From a virus (lineage: Duplodnaviria > Caudoviricetes): a DNA stretch of 35,011 bases. The stretch is from IMG/VR virus record IMGVR_UViG_3300005325_000105, positions 1 through 35,011 of that record, one strand, 5' to 3'. The translations under genes were made by a program, and so were the position numbers. The notes under the pieces were generated by a model, which ran no database searches, had not been told where the DNA came from, and saw nothing but the letters and a program-made list of their open reading frames with translations. How positions within the stretch are numbered: position 1 is the first letter of the stretch; every line of letters starts with the position of its first letter. Of the stretch, positions 17,932 to 27,872 are shown piece by piece.

Positions 17932-18471
17932 CAAAAAAGAAAGGAAATTCATCATGTTCGTAAAACTGAAAATTATCTGCTTCATTTTTGCCTTCTGCAT
18001 TCTGCCTTCTGCCTTGGTTCAGGCCTCCGACGCCATCGGAATCCCGAGTTCGCTGAATGATCGCCTGGCCGCCGCCGAACTGGCGATCGCTGTCAGCACG
18101 AATGATCTCGCCATCCAGGCATCCACCAACGCGCTCAATACGCGCCTTGGAACGGCCGAGACTACTCTGGCCACCGCCACGGGCAACGTTGCCACGCTCC
18201 AGGGACTGATGACGACAACCACCGGCAATGTCGCTGCCGTACAGTCCGCGACCAACGCGCTGAATAGCCGGATCATCGCCCAGGCCGATACTAATGTAGG
18301 GCTTGTCCCAAAAGCGCGAAATCTGGGAAATACGATCTTAAATTTTATGGCGGATAGCAAGGAAATTGTATCAGCGGTAAGAGCTCTGTGTTATGACGGC
18401 AGCGCGGATAAAATCAGCCTATTTTGAATAGTTCCCGGCTGATGAAGGAAAAAACCTGGGGAGTTTTAACA

Positions 18472-19959
18472 TCAAGCGGCTTTTTCTTTAGCCTGTTTTT
18501 TCGTCAGGCGGGCTATAACCCAAAGGTTGTGCGCCAGCACTGCCCAAGCCACTCTTAATGAACGGCCGGCGAACCCCTTGGCTGGCAGCGGATCGCCGAT
18601 GAAATTAATTTTGATAATGCCAATACGGCCTTCGGTCTGGGCCCGGCGGGTCTGCTCTTTCACAAAACGCGGTTTTCTTCTCTGGCGTTGTAGTTGCAGC
18701 GGGTCTCTGGCGGCAACGGCATTAAACCATTTTATATCCGTCAGTCGGCCTTGATTATCTGCGCTGTCATATCCGCGGTCGCCGGCCAGGGAGATTGCGG
18801 AAGCGTCGCGCGGAAGCAGGCCGCCAAAGTTTTTTTGCAGCCGGCGCGTGCAGCCGGGCAATAATCCGGCATCAGCCGGAGCTTGTTTTTTGAAAAGCTC
18901 ATAATCCACGATCAGCCCTTGCGCCTGTTCACAGATCATCAGCGTGTTGCCGAATTCCACTTCAGCGCGCGCCTTACCACGCACCAGCACGTGAATATCC
19001 GGCTCATACAAACTCAGGATTTTTTCCGCGTTCGCCACGGGCCGCGCGCCGATGATTCTTTCATGCGCCTGGCGCATGGCTTCCGGCAACTGCTCAAGGA
19101 CGTTTCGCATGCGTTTCAAAACCTGTTCCGTCTGCCGCCGGGTCCAGTCCGTTTCAGACCAGCGCGTGTCTAAAAGATCATAATAACGTTCCCCATGTTT
19201 GCGGATAACTTTTGTCAGCTTCTTCAGCTTGCGCAAAATCATTTTTCTCGCCTTGGCGCTATCCGGCCGGCGCCGGCACTGGGTCATCTCTATGCATAAG
19301 GAGTTGATCCGCCGCATCAGCAGCTCCGGCGCCATAATCCGGTGTTTAAGCCCATGCTTCCGAATCAGAATAATGGCCGACAGCAATGTCCCCGCGCCAT
19401 CCCGCAATAGCGTCCAGTCCACCGGAAAATGAATATTGGCCGGCACACAGGTGCTGTCGAGAAAGAACCGATCCAAATCAATCGCGCTTTCCAAGCCCAC
19501 CTTCTGCGCCGCGTCTCCGGCGGCAACATAACGAAGCAAGAGCGTATTCAATTCCTTGAGTTCTTGCGGCGTGATCATGCGTTCATATCTTTGCAGGGTG
19601 CTTTTCGCCGGAACCTTCACAACTTCCAGCTCGTCAATCCGACAAAACCACTGCAACAAATCGCTCTCCGCCATACAAACTGCCATCCCGCGCAGATCGT
19701 CGCCAAGCAGCATTCTGGCCAGCGTGCAACGCAACGCCCGCACGGCGTGTTTCTGTACCGTCTGCCTGCGGCGACCGCTCAAACTTCCCGCCGCCTCGGC
19801 CAGTTCAAGCTTTTTCTCCACAAACCTTTTCTCTATCCCAGTAACTGTCAACGCCTTGTTGATCCGCTCCAAAATACGCCGCCTTTCACGATAATCGAGG
19901 TTACCGACAATTACCCGTAATACCGGACTTAAGTGTTGCTGATACGCCATCTCTTGCAT
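18472..19959 (-). CDS. IS5-like DDE transposase
   Basis: FLDSTCVPANIHFPVD, KILSLYEP...RGK...EFG, GDRGY, R...EGRIG..K motifs. Confidence 0.9.
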   Translation of the reverse strand: MQEMAYQQHLSPVLRVIVGNLDYRERRRILERINKALTVTGIEKRFVEKKLELAEAAGSLSGRRRQTVQKHAVRALRCTLARMLLGDDLRGMAVCMAESDLLQWFCRIDELEVVKVPAKSTLQRYERMITPQELKELNTLLLRYVAAGDAAQKVGLESAIDLDRFFLDSTCVPANIHFPVDWTLLRDGAGTLLSAIILIRKHGLKHRIMAPELLMRRINSLCIEMTQCRRRPDSAKARKMILRKLKKLTKVIRKHGERYYDLLDTRWSETDWTRRQTEQVLKRMRNVLEQLPEAMRQAHERIIGARPVANAEKILSLYEPDIHVLVRGKARAEVEFGNTLMICEQAQGLIVDYELFKKQAPADAGLLPGCTRRLQKNFGGLLPRDASAISLAGDRGYDSADNQGRLTDIKWFNAVAARDPLQLQRQRRKPRFVKEQTRRAQTEGRIGIIKINFIGDPLPAKGFAGRSLRVAWAVLAHNLWVIARLTKKQAKEKAA

Positions 19960-20052
19960 ATATTTCCTTTCGCGCTCTTTTGTTTCCGGACGTCCCCGCT
20001 TGAGACATGCCTAATAACATGCCATAGCGGCAAAACTTATCAATCGTTTTTT

Positions 20053-20370
20053 ATGAAAAATATCAAACCGATCGTCAGACGTTTGAAAGAACTCCAGCGC
20101 GAACTGGCGTGTTTGGGACCCATGATGCGCGGATCAGTGGTCAGGCTCGGCCCTTACAAACATATTTGGTTCTCGCTTAATAAGGACAAGAAAACGCGGC
20201 TTGTTTATCTCGGCGCCGCACGCGAGCAAGCGGCCAAACTGTGTTCCGACAACTACAAAAAATTACAGGCGATTGTCGAGGAAATGACGTCGCTGAACAT
20301 GGATTTACTGAAGCAGCATCTCGAACCGGAGAAGTGTCTCGAAGATCACGGAAAAAACTCGGCGGGATGA
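20053..20370 (+). CDS. IS accessory protein, DUF6788-like
   Basis: 105 aa; MMRGSV...TRLVYL...NYKKLQAIVEEM pattern; lies inside the IS, divergent from the transposase. Confidence 0.65.
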   Translation: MKNIKPIVRRLKELQRELACLGPMMRGSVVRLGPYKHIWFSLNKDKKTRLVYLGAAREQAAKLCSDNYKKLQAIVEEMTSLNMDLLKQHLEPEKCLEDHGKNSAG

Positions 20371-20628
20371 ATTATAAGATGCGTTTTTAGGGCTTTTTGC
20401 CGTTTTTCGCGTCTTATATTGTAGTCAAAATCACGATCGGAACCTTTATTGACCGGCCTTTCGTCGCTCTGGGACAGGCTCTAATGTAACCAGCACAGTC
20501 ACATTGTACACGCCGCGCTTCGTCGGCGATACCCTGGTTGGCGGCGCCGGCGCCGGCACAAATGCCGTCTGGATTTCAAAAGGCGCCACAACCAACGACT
20601 GGGTCGCGATCAAACCTTAACTTTATCC

Positions 20629-20676
20629 CCGCTCTTCGATCCCCTCCCTTGGAGGGGTGCCCGAAGGGCGGGGTGG
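20629..20676. repeat. REP-like double hairpin, copy 2
   Basis: Near-identical to 16791-16838; differences confined to the first loop. Confidence 0.85.
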
Positions 20677-20749
20677 ATTCTTGAATCGGCAATCGCAAAT
20701 CTTCCGCCTCAAGCGGATCCGCTAAAGGCGGAAAAATCGAAAATTGATT

Positions 20750-21193
20750 ATGTCCTGGATCACCATAACCGAATCAAACGTGCAGACCAAACTGGCCGGG
20801 GCGGAACTCACCGCCCTGAAATCCTTCGCCCTGGCCAGCGGTCAGACCAGTCCATTGACCGAAATCATCGAACAGGTCGTGGATGAAATACGCGGCTATG
20901 TCGCCGCCTGCGCCAGGAACACGTTGGGCGTTGCCGGCACGATTCCAGCAAAATTATTGAGCGCCGCGCTGGCCATGATCCGTTATCGGCTCGCCACGCG
21001 TCTGCCGATCAAGTCGCTTCTAACCGATGACCGCGTCAAGGAAAACGAGGCTGCCATCCGCCTTCTTGAACAAGTCGCCGCCTGTAAATTCGCCATCGAG
21101 GATCCTGTTTCCGGCGATCGCTCCGGCGTTTCCGTTGAACAAGTCTCAACCCCGACCCGCATCGCAACCAGGGAAAAACTCGCAGGCTTATGA
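20750..21193 (+). CDS. head-tail connector (Mu gp36/DUF1320-like)
   Basis: EIRGYV...IRYRL...R...AIRLLEQVA pattern; first neck position after capsid. Confidence 0.8.
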   Translation: MSWITITESNVQTKLAGAELTALKSFALASGQTSPLTEIIEQVVDEIRGYVAACARNTLGVAGTIPAKLLSAALAMIRYRLATRLPIKSLLTDDRVKENEAAIRLLEQVAACKFAIEDPVSGDRSGVSVEQVSTPTRIATREKLAGL

Positions 21194-21233
21194 ACATAAT
21201 GCGTCCAATCCGTCCGATATGTCCTATTAAAAA

Positions 21234-21716
21234 ATGAGCGACGAACTTACATTCGCAATTTATCCCCTCCAGGCCGCCGTCAAGACGCGCTTGGAAGCGC
21301 ATGCTTATTTTTCCGACATCACCGTATTCACCGAGGAACAAGGCGACCTCGATTCCGAGATCGAGCGCGCCCTCGGAATGCTCACCGAAAAGGGCGATAA
21401 AATCGGCGCCTGCGTCGTCATCCTCACGCCGATCGCAAAATCCAAATCCCCGAACGCGCCCGGACCGCTCCTTGATGATTTTCTGTTTTCAATCAACGTC
21501 CTTGAAAATGTCCTGGTCAATCAGGGTGACGACGGCACAAAAAAACACGCCATCCAGATCGTGGAACTTATTCTCCGCCATCTCCATCGCTGGACCGTGC
21601 CCAACACCAATGCCGCGCTCCATGTCGCCGCCAATGCCTTTACGATCACGAATTCCGATCCATTAACCTATCAGGTCAATTTCGTCACGTCGCTTTGTCT
21701 TAAACCGGAATCTTAA
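21234..21716 (+). CDS. tail terminator/neck protein (gp37-like)
   Basis: 160 aa between connector and tail tube; ILRHLHRW..P motif. Confidence 0.55.
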   Translation: MSDELTFAIYPLQAAVKTRLEAHAYFSDITVFTEEQGDLDSEIERALGMLTEKGDKIGACVVILTPIAKSKSPNAPGPLLDDFLFSINVLENVLVNQGDDGTKKHAIQIVELILRHLHRWTVPNTNAALHVAANAFTITNSDPLTYQVNFVTSLCLKPES

Positions 21717-21818
21717 AGGTGGGGCGAGGCCTCCGGCCGATCCGTTCTTTCATGAATCCAAAATCGGCAATCGAAAATCGAAAATAAAAAAATCCGCCCC
21801 TGGCGGAGAAAGGAAAAA

Positions 21819-22754
21819 ATGCAATTCAATCCCGTTAACTTCATCGCCGGCCCGGCCATCGTCACCTTCGATTCGAACGTCATTTATACAAAGGATGATA
21901 TCGTCGTCAAATGCAACCCGGAAACATGGGATGTCATAACCTCACGTTACGGTAAAATTGACGTGCGCCAGAAAAGTCTCTCCGCCGAAGTCAGCCTTAA
22001 TCCTGTCGGCATGGTCGAAAACTTGACCAAATATTTTCCCTATTCGCTGAGCGACGTGGGCAAATCCATTTTCCCGGCCACGGATAAGCCGCTCGTTATC
22101 CACTCAATTGCCGGCACAAAATTCACGTTCGCCCGCGCCGCCGTAAACAAAATGCCGCCCTTAAAACTTGCCGCCACGGATACTTTCTTCGGCGGCATGT
22201 CGTTCCTCTGTCTGCGCAAATCCAATGCCGATCCTGCCGCCGCCGATTCTTTCGTCAAGGTCGAATCCTCTGCCTTCTCTGATGCGAGTTTCGATCCGAC
22301 CAAGATTACGTCTCCCGGTTATACCGCCGCTTATGGTTCCTCGCCATACGATGCCCTTGAATCCGTTGATGGTTTCAATGTCGAAATCGGCATGGAAATT
22401 TCGCCGAAATATATCGATCGTTTCGGCATGATCAGCGCATATCTCAAGAGTCTCACCGCCCGCGCGCGATTCGTTCCAACCGGCCTGACCGAGGCCCAGT
22501 GGGCCACCCTGGTCGCCCTCGATGGCGCCAGCGCGATCCTGCCCGGTCAGTCACAATCCAATGCCGGCATTGACTTGGTCATCACCGGAGGCGCCACTCC
22601 GCTCGCAATTTCGATCACGCTAAATAAGGCAGGATTAGTCGGCCAGGGACTGGCTTTTGGCGAAGCCCCCCGTCTCAGCGAGCTTGAATTCGTCGCTCAA
22701 GCTACTTTCACCAACGGCGTCGCTGATCCGCTCTTCACATTCGCGGTTGCTTAA
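21819..22754 (+). CDS. major tail (tube) protein, probable
   Basis: AAAGGA RBS; 311-aa beta-rich protein beginning GPAIVTF; positional inference. Confidence 0.6.
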   Translation: MQFNPVNFIAGPAIVTFDSNVIYTKDDIVVKCNPETWDVITSRYGKIDVRQKSLSAEVSLNPVGMVENLTKYFPYSLSDVGKSIFPATDKPLVIHSIAGTKFTFARAAVNKMPPLKLAATDTFFGGMSFLCLRKSNADPAAADSFVKVESSAFSDASFDPTKITSPGYTAAYGSSPYDALESVDGFNVEIGMEISPKYIDRFGMISAYLKSLTARARFVPTGLTEAQWATLVALDGASAILPGQSQSNAGIDLVITGGATPLAISITLNKAGLVGQGLAFGEAPRLSELEFVAQATFTNGVADPLFTFAVA

Positions 22755-22786
22755 ACTTTCGCGTCAATTCGTGTTTCGCGGGCTAA

Positions 22787-23200
22787 ATGAAAATCCGAAT
22801 CTACAACTCAACCGAAAACTTCTGGCTCTCCGAGGAAGGCGAGCTCGCCCCGGATTCCCTCCGGGTCAACGGCGAGCGGGTAATCCAGCCCGCCGATTTG
22901 CTTCGGGCCGATTCGGCCGTATTTTTCAATCGAAAGAACGCGAAAACGGTCATCACCTTTTCCGTCACGCGCGAGCATGCTTCCGTCCGCGTAGCTGAAG
23001 CGTACTTATTGCAGCATGAGGCCGAAATTCCGGATAGCGGAATAGTCGAATTCGTTTCCTACGACGGAGGCGGCGGTGAGGATTCTTTCTATTTTCCGAC
23101 CGGCTTCCTCAAGACCACGGACGCCTCATATAACGGTTGCACCACGTTCCATTCTTACACCCTGATCGGCGGCCGCATCACCACGGTGAAACCAACATGA
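22787..23200 (+). CDS. hypothetical tail structural protein (distal-tail-like)
   Basis: 137-aa beta-rich ORF in the tail module. Confidence 0.5.
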   Translation: MKIRIYNSTENFWLSEEGELAPDSLRVNGERVIQPADLLRADSAVFFNRKNAKTVITFSVTREHASVRVAEAYLLQHEAEIPDSGIVEFVSYDGGGGEDSFYFPTGFLKTTDASYNGCTTFHSYTLIGGRITTVKPT

Positions 23201-23886
23201 GCAATCCTGTTCTAGATTATAAACGCGTCCGCATCCGTTTCGATGCCGATAAATTCCAACTGGAACGGGATATTCTGGCATCGGCAACTCCCGCCATGTA
23301 TCGCGGCAATGATGCAAGTTTCGAGGTCGTCATATATTGGAAAGATCAGATAATTAACGCCACAAACATCGCAACATTGACCTTTTCCATCTGGACAATT
23401 GATTGTAAAAGTCGGAAAGCCACAAAGACCATCACCGCTGCCGAAATCACTGCAATTCCTTCAGAAGCTGACTGGAGTGGTGGCACTGCCCAGCATGCCG
23501 TCTTCCCCTTTACCGGGCAGGAGATGAACTGGGCTTTAACTTCCCCAAAAACGGAAGAAACTTTTATGCTGGTTCTTGCCGGCGTCACAAATCACACGCC
23601 GGGCCGTAATATCACTTATGGACGTTCAAGCCTGAAAATAATTGAAGATGCCGAAGGGAATGCCGCCGAATATGTGGTCAACGATCCGCTCTATTACACC
23701 CAGATCGATGCCGACGGCCGCTTCGTCCAGCTTCAGGGCGATGGCTATACATTTCGTGCCAAAAAAGGTACGGACGGAAATGTGTATCAGCAATTTTATT
23801 TTCAGGAGGAAGGCAAATGGCGAAGCAGAATACCCAGAATCGTTGGTGGCCAACCAAACATCACCTGGGGCGAACCGGAGGACTGA
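23197..23886 (+). CDS. hypothetical baseplate/fibre-anchor protein (BppU-like N-terminus)
   Basis: ATGA-coupled start 23197; YRGND..F.V, FTGQEMN, YYTQIDADGRF motifs seen in fibre-attachment proteins. Confidence 0.5.
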   Translation: MSNPVLDYKRVRIRFDADKFQLERDILASATPAMYRGNDASFEVVIYWKDQIINATNIATLTFSIWTIDCKSRKATKTITAAEITAIPSEADWSGGTAQHAVFPFTGQEMNWALTSPKTEETFMLVLAGVTNHTPGRNITYGRSSLKIIEDAEGNAAEYVVNDPLYYTQIDADGRFVQLQGDGYTFRAKKGTDGNVYQQFYFQEEGKWRSRIPRIVGGQPNITWGEPED

Positions 23887-23888
23887 CT

Positions 23889-26800
23889 ATGAAGAATTTT
23901 CGATTTTGGATTTCCGATTTTCGATTAATAGGTAGGGCGGCGGCATCCCTGCCGCGCCGTCTGTTTTTCATTCTGTCTTTGTGCCTCTGTGCCTTTGTGC
24001 CTTCTGCCTTCGCCACGCTATCCATTGAAAATGGTAGCGTGTCCAACCTCACCCGCATCTCCGCCATCGTCTACGGCGAACTCATTTCAACCAACGGATC
24101 CGGCACAAACCCGGTCTGCACGCTTTACTATGGCACTTCCGATGGTCTTACCAATTCGTCCAACTGGTCCTATTCCGTCTCTCTTACCAATGTGGGAATC
24201 GGCGTTTTTTTCAACAACCTCACCGGCCTTGCACCGGCGCAGAAATACTATTTCAACAGGTCTGCAACCGAGGGCACAAACACCACCTGGTCTTCTTCCT
24301 CCTCTAATTTTTGGACCCTCGCCGGCGCTCCGACCAATGCCTATCCGGTATCCACCAATGGCATTGCCCTGATCGTCTCCACCAACGGCGATCTCATGGC
24401 TCCGCTCAACTTCTTTTCCGCCAACATGGATAAAATAACCAACGCCGGTTTGGTCTCTTCCTTTGAAATCTCAAATTTGAACTCTCAAATTTCCGAGACT
24501 CTTACCAACGCCGTTGACGGCGGCCGCGAAGGCGAGGGCTCCGTCACGGTCATCAATCGCCAAATCATCATCAAGCATCCCAGCCCGCTTGCCATCACCG
24601 GCGCTGTATCAAGGGTTTTGTCTGGTCCCGGCATAGGCATCACACCGGAAGGCGGCCAGGGCGATGTATCCTTCTTTATCTCCAATTCAATCCTTGAAAA
24701 AGTTTCCGCCGCTTTGACCAACGAGCCGGAATTTTCCGCCTCCCCGGCCGGAGGAATTACCGGAGCGGATGTAACCAATTTTAGGACCGCTTTTCTTTGG
24801 GGCAATCATGCGCTTTTTGGCTACCTCACCGGCACGACCGGCACGAATTATTTTTCGCCCTTGGGGCATAACCACGACGGCTCCTATGCCTCCATCGGCC
24901 ATCTTCACAGCGGCACCTATTCGCCGACCAATCATTTCCATAGCTGGACAAATCAATTCACACCAACAAACTCTTCAATCTTCGTGCGCAGTCCGACTAA
25001 TACGGCCTCCACGAATAAAGTCCTTTACTCCCTTGGCAACGGCGTGAACGTCTGGCTCGATCCGTTCGCGCTCGGCAGCGTGACCAACTGGGTCAACATG
25101 CCCACCAACACGGCCACTAATGTTTACACGTTCCAAAAAATCAACGTCGGCTCCAACATCGTCGAATCTCCGGAGTTGATAAACATCAAGGGAACCGATC
25201 GCGCAAAGATCAGGTACTCCACGGTCGGCGGCAGCGTCACATCTTCCGTTTCCATGACTCCGCCAGGCGCGATAACTTTGTACACGAACACGCTAACACC
25301 CGCGTTGATGGGGTGGAATCAGGCCGGACCTCAATATGCATACACAAATCTTTATATGTCCGACAATCCCGCCTGGTGCTGGTGGGCAGGCATAACGCAG
25401 GCGGTTGCATACAGCAGCATCTTACGTCTCGATTTCTGGGGCTTCGACATTTCTTTGGACAACACGGTTATCACGGGCATAAAGGTTGAAATGGAAGGCT
25501 ATTCGGAGAGCACAAATTATCTGTCTGCGCGGATATTTAACAACGGATATACCTCTTCCGTCGTTACGGTGGAGTGTCCCGGTGATGATGCTTATATCGG
25601 CAATCCGTCATCACACACAAATTGGACAACTTACGCCCTTGGCGATTCAAATACGATCTGGAACCTGAATGCATTATCGGCCGAGGAAATCAACGCAAAC
25701 GACTTCGCTATCGATTTCTGGGTTCGCCGCGCCGGCGGCTATTACTCCGATTTTGCGTGCAAGAACGTAAAAGTCATCGTGTACTACCAGTCAGAAATCA
25801 TTTCTATGACGGCAGGCGCGACGTCAAGTAACACGTGGGACATTACCGACGAGCGCAATGGAACCCTTGCCTCATTTTCCGCGTCCGGGATTGCTTTGGA
25901 AAAACCCGTCACTGTCCCCAGCCTCATCCTCGGCGGCGAAACCCGGACCAACTGGCCTGACTCCGACTATGCCTCTGGAATCTCAAATCTGAACTCTCAA
26001 GTTTTGGTTGTCTCCTCCCGCGTGGATCTCGCCGAAGGTAGTATTGTCACCAATGTCTCTGAAATCTCAAATCTGGCATCTCAAGTTTCCGGTCATGTCG
26101 CTGCCACCAATCCGCACGGCATCACGCCAGGCATGATCGGTGCCGTGTCGACGAACGATGTCAGCGTGACCAACGCCCGGCCGCCCACTACGCATGGTCA
26201 CTCCTATACCGAGGTCACAAATGCCCCTTGGCTCACGAATGAGACATATCTGGGCACGATCACGGGCGCGACAATCGTGACCGGAGCAGCCCCGGCAATC
26301 GTGACCAACGGCGGAATTTTGGGGATTACTGTGCTGGCCGGCGGGGGCGGCGGATCGATTACATATGGCACAACCGCCGCAACTGCTTATCGCGGGGATT
26401 GGGGCACGACCGTAAGCAATGCTGTCAACGGCAAAGCAAGCCAGTCCGATTATGCAGCCACAAGCAATCAGGTTGATTTGCATGCTTCACAGATTGCGGC
26501 TCTTTCCGCCTCAAACAACACGTGGTCTGCAGATGTTAATGGTAATGCGTTTTCTCTCACGAATACGGCCGCGATTAAAATTAAAGCAAATCGCAATCCG
26601 GTAAAAGCGGCGGCGCTGCCTCAGCCGCGCTCGCGTTTATCCGCTGCCAATCATGTGGGGTACGCTTATATCTTCGGCGGACTAGACGGGACGGCAAAAA
26701 CGAATAATTGGCGTTTTGACGGTTCGACCATCACCGAAGTAAAGGGATTGCCGGCTCCACGTTATGATATGGCGGCGGCGTATGTTCCAAACGCTTTGTT

Positions 26801-27872
26801 TGCGGTTGGCGGCAATGACGGAGATGGGCCAAAAACAAACGTATATATGTGGAACGGCAGCGCATGGCTGGAGTACCCCGGACTTCCGGTGGCAAAAGAT
26901 AAGATCGCCATGGTCGCCGGCGACGATGGCAAAGGGTATCTTGTGGGTGGTGGTGCTACCAATGCGTATCAGTATACGGCTGGTGGGAATTTTGTGAATA
27001 TTGCCGGATTACCAGACTCGATAGGTTCCAGTCGGAGGCCGGTTATTTTCAATTTGCACGGAAAAGTTACCGTCTTGCATGAGTTGTCCATGTATACTTT
27101 GCAAGGGACGACGAATTGGACGAAAGAGTATTTGATGCCGGGATATTTGTACATGTCCGATGGCGCCGCCTCGGTTGTTGGCGACTATGCTTACGTATCT
27201 CTGGGCGGCGACAGTTCCGAACTGTACCGTTTTGACGGGACAAACTTTACGCAAGTTGCATCGTTGCCGGAAACGGTCAACCTCCTTGCCGCTTCTCCCC
27301 TTGGCAATTCCGCTTATATGATTGGCGGGAATGCGTCGGATAATTCAAAAATTTTCAAAATCAATTTCAGCGATCCCCGACTTCTCCAGGAATGGCAAGA
27401 CACGAACGGATCCACGATTGCTGAATTGTACGACAACGGCAACATGACTGTTGCCGGGCCGTTGACGAACAATGCTGGGTATTACGGCAACGGCCCGGGG
27501 CTGACGAATCTGCCAAACGCCCAGGTAATAAAATATACCGGCAATACGACCACCACGGCCGGGAAGATTTATCAGTGGGTCACCAACGCTTGGGTTGCGG
27601 CAATCTGCACGAATGAGGTGCAATGTAACCGCATGGTCGCTGCGGCGATTGGCACAAACTCCACATCAGACGGTATGATGCTGATGGGTGAAATGACGGT
27701 TACCAATGATACCCTTTCTCCCGGCGCCGGAATTTTCGTATCGGCAACAGCCGGCGAATGGACGCAAACCGCGCCGACAAACTCAGGTTATATTTTGCGC
27801 CTGATCGGCTACGCGACCGAGATAAACAAGATTTTCATCAAGCCCGACGGCGTTTGGGGGACCGTACAATGA
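23889..27872 (+). CDS. large mosaic tail-fibre/adhesin-like protein with signal peptide, FN3-like domain, fibre motifs and Kelch repeats
   Basis: GGAGG RBS before ATG 23889; LCLCAFVPSAFA signal; LTGLAPAQKYYF; WGNH, HxH, NPH, TAYRGD fibre motifs; YIFGG/FAVGG/YLVGG/YMIGG Kelch blades. Confidence 0.75.
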   Translation: MKNFRFWISDFRLIGRAAASLPRRLFFILSLCLCAFVPSAFATLSIENGSVSNLTRISAIVYGELISTNGSGTNPVCTLYYGTSDGLTNSSNWSYSVSLTNVGIGVFFNNLTGLAPAQKYYFNRSATEGTNTTWSSSSSNFWTLAGAPTNAYPVSTNGIALIVSTNGDLMAPLNFFSANMDKITNAGLVSSFEISNLNSQISETLTNAVDGGREGEGSVTVINRQIIIKHPSPLAITGAVSRVLSGPGIGITPEGGQGDVSFFISNSILEKVSAALTNEPEFSASPAGGITGADVTNFRTAFLWGNHALFGYLTGTTGTNYFSPLGHNHDGSYASIGHLHSGTYSPTNHFHSWTNQFTPTNSSIFVRSPTNTASTNKVLYSLGNGVNVWLDPFALGSVTNWVNMPTNTATNVYTFQKINVGSNIVESPELINIKGTDRAKIRYSTVGGSVTSSVSMTPPGAITLYTNTLTPALMGWNQAGPQYAYTNLYMSDNPAWCWWAGITQAVAYSSILRLDFWGFDISLDNTVITGIKVEMEGYSESTNYLSARIFNNGYTSSVVTVECPGDDAYIGNPSSHTNWTTYALGDSNTIWNLNALSAEEINANDFAIDFWVRRAGGYYSDFACKNVKVIVYYQSEIISMTAGATSSNTWDITDERNGTLASFSASGIALEKPVTVPSLILGGETRTNWPDSDYASGISNLNSQVLVVSSRVDLAEGSIVTNVSEISNLASQVSGHVAATNPHGITPGMIGAVSTNDVSVTNARPPTTHGHSYTEVTNAPWLTNETYLGTITGATIVTGAAPAIVTNGGILGITVLAGGGGGSITYGTTAATAYRGDWGTTVSNAVNGKASQSDYAATSNQVDLHASQIAALSASNNTWSADVNGNAFSLTNTAAIKIKANRNPVKAAALPQPRSRLSAANHVGYAYIFGGLDGTAKTNNWRFDGSTITEVKGLPAPRYDMAAAYVPNALFAVGGNDGDGPKTNVYMWNGSAWLEYPGLPVAKDKIAMVAGDDGKGYLVGGGATNAYQYTAGGNFVNIAGLPDSIGSSRRPVIFNLHGKVTVLHELSMYTLQGTTNWTKEYLMPGYLYMSDGAASVVGDYAYVSLGGDSSELYRFDGTNFTQVASLPETVNLLAASPLGNSAYMIGGNASDNSKIFKINFSDPRLLQEWQDTNGSTIAELYDNGNMTVAGPLTNNAGYYGNGPGLTNLPNAQVIKYTGNTTTTAGKIYQWVTNAWVAAICTNEVQCNRMVAAAIGTNSTSDGMMLMGEMTVTNDTLSPGAGIFVSATAGEWTQTAPTNSGYILRLIGYATEINKIFIKPDGVWGTVQ

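Larger units (their letters stand above)
18299..20481. mobile_element. IS5-like insertion sequence, 2,183 bp
   Basis: Terminal IRs GGGCTTGTCCCA / TGGGACAGGCTC (10/12); direct repeat TAATGTA at 18292-18298 and 20482-20488; contains DDE transposase. Confidence 0.92.
17954..20620 (+). pseudogene. IS-interrupted 158-aa signal-peptide, coiled-coil (head-fibre-like) gene: 17954-18298 plus 20489-20620
   Basis: Removing the IS and one TAATGTA copy restores the frame: ...QADTNV|TSTVTLYTPRFVGDTLVGGAGAGTNAVWISKGATTNDWVAIKP*. Confidence 0.85.

Noticed and set aside
18299-18427. C-terminus of ORF 17954..18427 as genuine
   Set aside because: It is read-through into the IS left end
22740-23200. Tail assembly chaperone with programmed frameshift
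   Set aside because: No convincing slippery heptamer at a gene end; ORF looks beta-rich and structural
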